From positions 660,001 through 692,000 of the forward strand of contig NZ_CP040089.1 in assembly GCF_009617975.1 (NCBI RefSeq): 32,000 bases of DNA, in the 5' to 3' direction. Under the pieces are notes generated by a model that worked only from the letters and a program-made list of their open reading frames with translations, was not told where the DNA came from and did not search any database. The first letter of the stretch is position 1. Every line of letters starts with the position of its first letter. Of the stretch, positions 1 through 7,154 are shown one piece after another. Source of the stretch: Candidatus Nanohalobium constans (GTDB lineage: Archaea; Nanohalarchaeota; Nanosalinia; Nanosalinales; Nanosalinaceae). The position numbers were made by a program, and so were the translations under genes.

Positions 1-747
1 CTTTTCACGAGTGGCAGAGGCGATGTTTACGGCTTTTTCCCTGAGATCATTCGCTATAGGAACTTTTCTAGTGAACTCTTGCAAACGGATCAGAGAAGAG
101 CGACTGATAACATTCTCAAGCTCTGGCTCAAAGTCCAGCTCAGAGGTAAACCGGTCTACGATTTTGTTCTCTTCCTCGAGGCTTGGATAATCTAGTTCAA
201 CCTTCATCATGAAACGGTCTCTCTGTGCTTCCGGCAATGGATATGTTCCTTCCTGTTCAATCGGGTTCTGCGTAGCCATAAGGAAGAACGGGTCATCCAG
301 GCTGTAAGAATTGTTGCCTACAGTTACCTGCTTCTCCTGCATCGCCTCAAGTAATGCGGACTGCGTTTTAGGAGTAGCACGGTTAATCTCATCCGCTAAA
401 ATCATGTTAGCGAAAATAGGTCCTTTTTGGAATACGAAGTCAGTTGTATCTGCCGATTCATCGACTATATGCGTACCTGTGATATCGGACGGCATCAGAT
501 CCGGCGTATTCTGTATACGGGAGAACTCCAGACCTAAAACTTTTGATATAGTGCTTATCATCTTTGTCTTACCCATTCCCGGGTTTGACTCGAGAAGTAT
601 GTTCCCATCGCAAAGTATGGATATCAGGACCTGCTCTATAACATCTTCCTGACCGACCATTACCTTTCCTACTTCTTCCTTGACCTGCGCAAGGCGTTCA
701 TTCGCTTTATCGTACTTGCCGGATTCATCCATACTGCTTACTTTCAT
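1..747 (-). CDS. moxR: MoxR-like AAA+ ATPase; the 3' end runs off the window and the N-terminal ~249 aa are visible
   Basis: My own translation of the minus strand from the ATG at 747 (alternative ATG at 732). It reads MKVSSMDESGKYD...VGQEDVIEQVLISILCDGNILLESNPGMGKTK (Walker A), ...MILADEINRATPKTQSALLEAMQE (Walker B), ...FFLMATQNPIEQEGTYPLPEAQRDRF. It is absent from the ORF track because there is no stop codon inside the window. Confidence 0.9.
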   Translation of the reverse strand, partial: MKVSSMDESGKYDKANERLAQVKEEVGKVMVGQEDVIEQVLISILCDGNILLESNPGMGKTKMISTISKVLGLEFSRIQNTPDLMPSDITGTHIVDESADTTDFVFQKGPIFANMILADEINRATPKTQSALLEAMQEKQVTVGNNSYSLDDPFFLMATQNPIEQEGTYPLPEAQRDRFMMKVELDYPSLEEENKIVDRFTSELDFEPELENVISRSSLIRLQEFTRKVPIANDLREKAVNIASATREK

Positions 748-766
748 AGAAAATTACTAGACCACG

Positions 767-784
767 ATAGAATTTAAATTCTAT
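767..784. promoter_or_regulatory. Perfect 18-bp palindrome ATAGAATTTAAATTCTAT with a TTTAAA core; candidate TATA box/operator for moxR
   Basis: The sequence is its own reverse complement. Its centre lies about 28 nt upstream of the ATG at 747, which fits an archaeal TATA box for a leaderless or short-leader mRNA. It sits in the 59-nt spacer after the stop of the 807..1550 gene. Confidence 0.45.
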
Positions 785-806
785 ACTACAACGCTGCAAC
801 TAAACT

Positions 807-1550
807 TTAACCCGAGTCCCTGATAGCCAGGCTATACCTTCTCGCCAACTCAACATCCTCCGGCATACTAGGATCAGAAGACCGGAAAACAAAATCCTCA
901 GAAGCCCCGGAACCACCAGAACCGTCAGAACCTCCACTAGCATCGCCAGTAACATTTATCTCAAGATCAGTAGCAGAGCCCTGAATATCCTTAGCCTCAC
1001 CATAAATCTCAGACCCATTCTTCAACTGCTCAGGCTCAGGATTAAGTATATCCTCAGGCTGCAACTGAGAGAAAACCTCCCTACTCTCCTGCACAGGCTG
1101 AAAATCAGTTAAACCAGACAAAGCAGTCAAAAAACTCAAAACACCTATCAAAACAATCTTCTTAATAATCTCGGCCCCCGGAATAATACTCTCAGAAGTA
1201 ACACTCCTCGCCCTCTGCATCAAATCATCAAACATCGCCTGAGAAACAACATTCTGACTATCCAAATTATCCCGCGCAGTCCTCAAAATCTCACGGAGCT
1301 GAGGATTCTCCTCCTCATAAATCTCCAACCTATACTTCCGAGAACGATAAACCCAATCAGCCAAGAGAAAGATGAAAGCTGAGGCTGCTAAGATCCGGTA
1401 ATGTAGAAAATCACTGACAAGAGTAATATTCAAAATAAACAGGACAAGGTTTACAGCTAGAAAGGCTGTTAACGAGTCCAGGAAAGCCTGGATAAGATTG
1501 ACCTTGATAAATTCTCTTCGAAGCCGCTTAAGCAGTTTCTCAACCCTCAT
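807..1550 (-). CDS. Membrane protein of unknown function, upstream of moxR in the same operon
   Basis: ATG-started ORF of 247 aa. It has hydrophobic segments (LTAFLAVNLVLFILNITLV, ILAASAFIFLLADWV, IVLIGVLSFLTALSGL) and an acidic, Gly/Ser-rich C-terminal tail. Its start overlaps the upstream gene by 11 nt. Confidence 0.7.
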   Translation of the reverse strand: MRVEKLLKRLRREFIKVNLIQAFLDSLTAFLAVNLVLFILNITLVSDFLHYRILAASAFIFLLADWVYRSRKYRLEIYEEENPQLREILRTARDNLDSQNVVSQAMFDDLMQRARSVTSESIIPGAEIIKKIVLIGVLSFLTALSGLTDFQPVQESREVFSQLQPEDILNPEPEQLKNGSEIYGEAKDIQGSATDLEINVTGDASGGSDGSGGSGASEDFVFRSSDPSMPEDVELARRYSLAIRDSG

Positions 1551-2010
1551 TGCTTGTTCCTACCTCATGACCCCATCGATTACAGTTATGCTCTGCTCCA
1601 GAACCTCCAGAGCTCTCCGCACATACAACACTCATAGAAGAGTTAATATCATTTAGAGTATCCTCTAAATCCCTGCTTTCCCGAGCATTCTCAACCTCAC
1701 TCTCCAACTCAGAAATCCTATCATTTTTCTCATCAACAGTATCACTCAAGTTCTGTTTCTCAGCCCTCAACTCACCTAAATCTCCCTCATACTCACGAAG
1801 CTTAACAGACATGTTGGAAACACGGGCATCCAACCGAGTTACTTCAGTATCCAAACTGTTTCTCTCTTCCTTGAGTTCGCTGATCCTGTTCTGTTTATCG
1901 CTGATTTGATCCTGAGATAAAACTGCAACACCCGCCAAAAGCGAAAGAGCAGCTACGGTAGAGATCAGGAGCAGCGGGTTCAGCCGTCGTTTCAAAAGTG
2001 GTTGAGCCAT
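1540..2010 (-). CDS. N-terminally membrane-anchored coiled-coil protein, unknown function
   Basis: ATG-started ORF of 156 aa. It has one N-terminal hydrophobic helix (LLLISTVAALSLLAGVAVL) followed by heptad-like charged sequence (ISELKEERNSLDTEVTRLDARVSNMSVKLREYEGDLGELRAEKQNLSD). It is the first gene of the operon that ends in moxR. Confidence 0.7.
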   Translation of the reverse strand: MAQPLLKRRLNPLLLISTVAALSLLAGVAVLSQDQISDKQNRISELKEERNSLDTEVTRLDARVSNMSVKLREYEGDLGELRAEKQNLSDTVDEKNDRISELESEVENARESRDLEDTLNDINSSMSVVCAESSGGSGAEHNCNRWGHEVGTSNEG

Positions 2011-2099
2011 TACTAAACAAAAAATTGTATTGCCAGGGTTTTAACCGTTTATGCAGAAGAGTCCCAATTTTAAGTAAAACCTAAACCAATCACTACTTG

Positions 2100-3764
2100 A
2101 TGAGCCACGGTGGCAAACCCGGAAAAACCTGCAAGTTCGGACATGTCTTCAAGGCTTGGGAAGAAGGTAGCAACGATGATCTGCAGAAGAAGATAGAGAA
2201 CGGCGAAGTTCAGCACTTGGACGATTTTGGCGAAGGCGAATCCCTGATGAGTATGCTGAACCGGTGGAAATACTTGAAGTTCCGTTCAAGCGATCAGGGA
2301 ACAGCTTACACAGGAATGTGGGTAGCCGTCGATGAACTAGACTCAAGCCTAGATTACGAAATAAACAAGATTTCCGAATCAATCCATATCTCCCCTCAGA
2401 GCCAGATGCACGCCCAGTTCATGGAGAGAAAACAACAGGCGGAAAACAATATTAAGCAGACGATGCAGAGCTACCAACAACTGGAGAAACAGAAGCACAT
2501 GCTTCAACACGATATCAGAAAACTGAGGTCTCGAGTAGAAGCCATCAATTCACATGACGAAGTACTTTTGAAAGGAGACTTCATCGAACTGGTCGATGGA
2601 GCAGGACAAAGTCCGCGGCAGGGCGGTGATCAGATGAGTTTGAAAGCTTACAGAGACCAGAACATCTATCCCTCCATAGTAGCAGACTTCAACGAGATGG
2701 AAGGCGTTGAGGACCTAGAAACTGCAGAGCAGCGAGCCAAAAGATACGATGACAAGGACGAAGACGATCTAGAGGATGGTCCCCTGGCGGACATACCTAC
2801 AAACGAGAAAGCCGTGCTGAAGAAGAAATGGAAGATGTACGAAAAATGGAAAGACCTCTACGGCTCCGAAGTCGAAAGAAAATTGAACGATCTGAAAGGA
2901 CAGATGAAGAACATTCAGCGATCCATCGAAGAAACAGAGGAATGGTTGGAGCCCTATGTACGGGACGCCGCGATGATAAACAGGATGGGCGACGACCAAG
3001 CCCAATTAACCTCAAATCTGAATATCCGCGGCAATTCCACAATGTTCCGAACCATAGACTGGATCGTCCACAAAGGAATGCGGCTGCACGAAGGAGAAAT
3101 GATGATAGCAGACGAACTAGACGAAGAACCAACGCACTACCGCGTAATGATGATTAAAACCATCCACGCCAACATCGCAGGATTCTCACAGCCACAAACA
3201 CCTGCAGAAGGACCATCAGCCGGAATAGTAATGTGGTACCCCTTCTTCACATGCAAACACGTCTTCGACAACTTCGTACAACCTAAGATCGATAAGCATG
3301 AAAAACTGGTTGAAGACATGATGGACGACTACACCGGCAAATTCGAAACTAAAGAAGGCGATAAACTGAAGGAAGCCAGAAACGACGAAGAAATGTCAGT
3401 CCGAGAACTGAGAGAAAAAGTAGGAGAAAAACTCGACGACGATGAAAAAGCACCAATACAGCTCTCATCAGACATCAGAAGAGTGGAAGACGGACTAGAA
3501 ACAGCCACAGAAGCAATAAACGACAAATACCTCAAAAAAATCGATGAGATACTAGATATAGAACTCCATCCAGACAATCAAGACAGCGACAACGATGATG
3601 ACATGTACGAAGGCTTCTCCAAAACCCTAAGAGAATTCACAGGCCAAACCGACGAATTCAAAATACCTTCCGGCTGTAAACCTCTCGACGACTTCACCAC
3701 AGAACTACGGTACAACTACTACTGGGGATTGAAACTAGACTTCGGAATGTACACAATGAAATAG
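2100..3764 (+). CDS. Large acidic protein with coiled-coil stretches; no family recognised
   Basis: Long ORF; the ATG at 2100 follows the TTG used by the ORF track. A TTTTAAGTAAAA TATA-like element lies about 25-30 nt upstream. Coiled-coil-like runs include QFMERKQQAENNIKQTMQSYQQLEKQKHMLQHDIRKLRSRVEAI and ERKLNDLKGQMKNIQRSIEETEEWLE. The C-terminus is aromatic (YNYYWGLKLDFGMYTMK). Codon usage resembles that of the atp genes. Confidence 0.75.
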   Translation: MSHGGKPGKTCKFGHVFKAWEEGSNDDLQKKIENGEVQHLDDFGEGESLMSMLNRWKYLKFRSSDQGTAYTGMWVAVDELDSSLDYEINKISESIHISPQSQMHAQFMERKQQAENNIKQTMQSYQQLEKQKHMLQHDIRKLRSRVEAINSHDEVLLKGDFIELVDGAGQSPRQGGDQMSLKAYRDQNIYPSIVADFNEMEGVEDLETAEQRAKRYDDKDEDDLEDGPLADIPTNEKAVLKKKWKMYEKWKDLYGSEVERKLNDLKGQMKNIQRSIEETEEWLEPYVRDAAMINRMGDDQAQLTSNLNIRGNSTMFRTIDWIVHKGMRLHEGEMMIADELDEEPTHYRVMMIKTIHANIAGFSQPQTPAEGPSAGIVMWYPFFTCKHVFDNFVQPKIDKHEKLVEDMMDDYTGKFETKEGDKLKEARNDEEMSVRELREKVGEKLDDDEKAPIQLSSDIRRVEDGLETATEAINDKYLKKIDEILDIELHPDNQDSDNDDDMYEGFSKTLREFTGQTDEFKIPSGCKPLDDFTTELRYNYYWGLKLDFGMYTMK

Positions 3765-3772
3765 GCGATAAA

Positions 3773-6490
3773 ATGGCAAACTTCATACTAGAACGGATGA
3801 AAGAGAAATTCGGCGGAGACGACGAAGAAGACAAAGAGAAAGGCTTCCCCGACATGAACTACCTGATCGGCAACTCTTCTGCGATGGATGTGGGAGAAGT
3901 ACCGACACCCATGGACCAGAGAATCGGCTACGCAGCACAAGTAGGCGGCAGCGTCATGGAACTCCAAATCACCAACCCCGCCACATTCACACTAGAAAGA
4001 GACTCCATGATCTCCACAATCCACCAACTAGGACTCGACATAACAACACACCCAGACATGAACGCAGGATTCTGCACAGCAGAAAAAAGCGCCCGAGGAG
4101 AAGAATACGGATACGACACAACCGAACAATACTTCACAAACTACCTCCAAGAACTAGCACAATTCAAAAAACACGTCGAAAAAATGGGCAAAGACGACGA
4201 ACCACTCTTCAACATCGGTCGAATGAACCCACACATCTCCACCTCACCTATGCCAGCACTCGAAGAAAGAATGGCCAACGACGTAGGACTAGACCCATTC
4301 GGATACGAAATAAACAAATACGACGAAGACAGCATCAAAAAAAGAAACTACAGAGGAGAAAACATCTACAAAAACCCTGAATTCCTCAGAAAATTATACC
4401 ACACGCTTTTTTTAGAAATATCTAACTATCCTTTCCAACAATATCAAAGCTTCTCTACATATTCAGATACATTCGATATCAAGTGGAGAAAATCTCAACA
4501 TGAGGCAGCAAAGCAACTTTTCCATGATGAAGCAGACGATATCTCTGACAAGTTGGGAACTATATTAACAGGAAGAAGACAGGATCAAGGAGTTGGAAGG
4601 AAGTGGCTAGAAATACTTGACCAAGAGATAGAGCTAGAAGTTGCATTTCCTATACTCGCTCCAGATATAGAAAGAGACGATCAAGGAAATCCAACAACTT
4701 ATAATGGAGTTATTCAGGAAGAAATTACCAGTTTGAAGCAACTACTCACTCAAAGATATGCGAGAGCGGAAGAAAGTCCCCCACCATTACAGAGAATGGA
4801 CAATGTACTTTATCAAATAGAAAGTCTATCGATAGATGATTTAGCGCCTTTTAATCAAATTCCAGAGGAATATAGAGAAAGGTTCAGACAAGATGTAGCC
4901 TCTAAGGTAGATATCAAGCAAGTCCGAGACTCAACATTAAATGCTATAGGAACCGCCTTCGATAAGCTATGGGATGGAAAGAGTCCGGATCCCGAAGATC
5001 AATACATGTCTCAAGATGCAAAATGGAGCGGTCTACAGAGCCATTTAGAAATCCAACAAATCAGATTATTAGAGAATGCTTACAAAATTGGAAAAAATGA
5101 ATACAATATTGAAGAAGAGGCTGCTACGGTCTTTGCGGGAAAAGACTTAAGCAAATTCGATGCAAGCGACCGGGAAGACATGGATGAGGAAGATATGCAC
5201 GAGGATCTCCTCGAGCGTATTTTACAGGGCCAACAGTTTCAGCGTGAGATGTGGAAGGAGTCGATTATTTTTTATTTGATTATTCCGGCTTGGATGTCTT
5301 CTTCAGATGAGGTTGAGAATGATGATCATGAGGGTTGGGATGCTCCTCGATTTATTTGGGAGAGTATTGTGGAGGAAAGATGGGGTGATAGGGATGATGT
5401 CAATTTAGATTTAGAAAATCCTCGTAACGGTGTTTATGAGGATAAAGACGATGATGATAAGGAGGATGTGTACCATTACTTGGATTTATTAGAGGATAAT
5501 CCTGAGTTCCAGCGTGATGTGGCTGCGGCTGTTGGTGCTTGTTATTGTTGGGCTCATTTTACTCAGAGGAAGGCTAAGTTTGATTTGAAGGGTCGTGACT
5601 TTGGTTTGAGTGATGATGAGGTTGAGGAAGTTCAGAATGAGGGTTGGACTTGGGTTGAGTGGATGAATCGTTTTGGTATTGGTGTGAATTTGGAGACTAT
5701 GGCTGGTAGTCCTCAGATGCGGTTTAAGGTGTGGCGTCCGAAGGATATTGCTGTTGCTGCTCATGCGATTAATTTGACTACTAGAAGGATGTTTGAGGAG
5801 AATGGTGAGTTGGGCGGTTTGGAGGAGTTGAATGATGAGATTGATGGGCGTCCTGCTAAGTTTACGATTGATATGGAGCATGTTGCTTCTCTGGGTGCTC
5901 CGCCTTTGGATGAGATGGAGAGATTTTTCGAGATGGAGGAGTACCTGGCTGATTCTGACTGGGCGCTGGATATTGACTCTGAGAAACCTGTAGCAAATAT
6001 TCTGCGGCAGATGCACTTGATGGATCCAGGTGTTGAAGGTCAGAGAGGTACGCACCACGGAGCTTTTGAAAGAGGCAATGAACTACTGTATAAATGGCTT
6101 TACAGGTTTGTGGACAACGGTTTTACCCGGAATGAGAACGAGCCGTCCACGATACTGTTTGAGCTAGCGGAGCATAAAGCAGAGTCCAGCTACATGATGC
6201 GGCTTACAATGAACCTAATTGAAATAGGTGTAACACCTGAAGAACTGGACCCAAGCAATGTAACACCAGGAGAAGAACCAGAAGACGAGAGAGAAGCTAT
6301 GATCGCCCGATTCTTCGGAATGGAGCAAGCCAACTACAGCCGCGAATGGGCAAAAATCGAGGAACACGCCTTCGACCCACTGAAAGGACTGTTAGAAGCC
6401 GAAGAATTCGATTACACTTTCTCAAGTAAGGCAGCTGTTGACCAAGGACAGAACAGACCTCAAGAATGGCAAGGCGAAGAATATCAGTAG
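3773..6490 (+). CDS. 905-aa hyper-acidic protein; putative xylose-isomerase-like/AP-endonuclease-2-type TIM barrel interrupted by a very large insertion
   Basis: The ORF starts 8 nt after the previous stop. N-terminal motifs are GGSVMELQI, LGLDITTHP and MNPHIS. C-terminal motifs are FTIDMEHV (D700/H703), QMHLMDP..THHGAFERG (H748/D751) and ILFELAEH (E797). Their order matches the metal-ligand strands of this TIM-barrel superfamily. The family call is from memory and was not searched. Confidence 0.6.
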   Translation: MANFILERMKEKFGGDDEEDKEKGFPDMNYLIGNSSAMDVGEVPTPMDQRIGYAAQVGGSVMELQITNPATFTLERDSMISTIHQLGLDITTHPDMNAGFCTAEKSARGEEYGYDTTEQYFTNYLQELAQFKKHVEKMGKDDEPLFNIGRMNPHISTSPMPALEERMANDVGLDPFGYEINKYDEDSIKKRNYRGENIYKNPEFLRKLYHTLFLEISNYPFQQYQSFSTYSDTFDIKWRKSQHEAAKQLFHDEADDISDKLGTILTGRRQDQGVGRKWLEILDQEIELEVAFPILAPDIERDDQGNPTTYNGVIQEEITSLKQLLTQRYARAEESPPPLQRMDNVLYQIESLSIDDLAPFNQIPEEYRERFRQDVASKVDIKQVRDSTLNAIGTAFDKLWDGKSPDPEDQYMSQDAKWSGLQSHLEIQQIRLLENAYKIGKNEYNIEEEAATVFAGKDLSKFDASDREDMDEEDMHEDLLERILQGQQFQREMWKESIIFYLIIPAWMSSSDEVENDDHEGWDAPRFIWESIVEERWGDRDDVNLDLENPRNGVYEDKDDDDKEDVYHYLDLLEDNPEFQRDVAAAVGACYCWAHFTQRKAKFDLKGRDFGLSDDEVEEVQNEGWTWVEWMNRFGIGVNLETMAGSPQMRFKVWRPKDIAVAAHAINLTTRRMFEENGELGGLEELNDEIDGRPAKFTIDMEHVASLGAPPLDEMERFFEMEEYLADSDWALDIDSEKPVANILRQMHLMDPGVEGQRGTHHGAFERGNELLYKWLYRFVDNGFTRNENEPSTILFELAEHKAESSYMMRLTMNLIEIGVTPEELDPSNVTPGEEPEDEREAMIARFFGMEQANYSREWAKIEEHAFDPLKGLLEAEEFDYTFSSKAAVDQGQNRPQEWQGEEYQ

Positions 6491-7021
6491 TCAGAACTTG
6501 GATTTTATGTATTTGAGAGCTTTCTTGCCTATTTTTTCAATCCTGTCTTCGCCGTTGTATCTTGGAGTAAATAGTCCATTTCTTGTCATCCTGGCTGCTT
6601 CTCCTAGCCGCATCTCCGGTTCGTCTCCATAGCCTAGAACGAGATAATTATTGTCATCTAGTTTTTGTGCTATTTGTTCAACTCCATCTACATGGTATTC
6701 ATTTGTAGCGTAAACTCTCTTAGCATTTGGATCATCCTCCAACATCTTGTGCATCTCCTGAGCGGTTGTTTCTGGATCTACGAAGTTAACTATATCTTTA
6801 TGCAGTACTTCAGATTCTTCTATCAAGTCTTCATGATATTCATGTGCGTAAATTTGAGGGTTGTGACCTGCAGAGTACATCAGGAAAGCTGTCTGTTCCG
6901 CCAGCTCTAATCTCTCACTGTTCTCGGCTTCACTCTTCCCTGCATGGAACATTAACTGATCAGCATCTTCAAAATCATCGAAAAAGTAACTGGCTGTATC
7001 TAGAGCATCTTGCCGCGACAT
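6491..7021 (-). CDS. Acidic hypothetical protein (~176 aa)
   Basis: This is the 3' part of track ORF 6491..7645. I trimmed it to the ATG at 7021 (MSRQDALDTASYFFDDFEDA...) because everything upstream of 7155 is occupied by the better-supported plus-strand gene. A TTTTATAC TATA-like box lies at about 7122-7129 on the minus strand. The start is uncertain; a GTG near 7063 is also possible. Confidence 0.55.
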   Translation of the reverse strand: MSRQDALDTASYFFDDFEDADQLMFHAGKSEAENSERLELAEQTAFLMYSAGHNPQIYAHEYHEDLIEESEVLHKDIVNFVDPETTAQEMHKMLEDDPNAKRVYATNEYHVDGVEQIAQKLDDNNYLVLGYGDEPEMRLGEAARMTRNGLFTPRYNGEDRIEKIGKKALKYIKSKF

Positions 7022-7154
7022 TTCTTCAGAATAAGGCTGAATACTTCTACCCAACTCCTCCTTCACCCAACCACGAAAATTATTGTTTACCACAAAGTAA
7101 CAAATATTTAGTAAAGTATAAAAGGATGCGGTCTTAACATGGAATTGTGATAGC

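Noticed and set aside
311-652. A 113-aa plus-strand ORF at the left edge of the window.
   Set aside because: It lies antisense to the unambiguous MoxR ATPase coding sequence (Walker A and B motifs read on the minus strand), and its translation has no recognisable features.
2828-3157. A 109-aa Arg-rich ORF in an alternative plus-strand frame inside the 555-aa gene.
   Set aside because: It is a frame-shifted reading of purine-rich coding sequence, which gives R/K/E/D-rich low complexity. There is no independent start context.
5489-6058. A 189-aa minus-strand ORF antisense to the 905-aa gene.
   Set aside because: The translation is low-complexity (rich in L, T, S, N, H, I, R) with no protein-like motifs. 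The sense frame carries clear conserved motifs. The open antisense frame follows from the local codon usage: sense codons there almost never end in A, so the codon-aligned antisense frame cannot form TAA, TAG or TGA.
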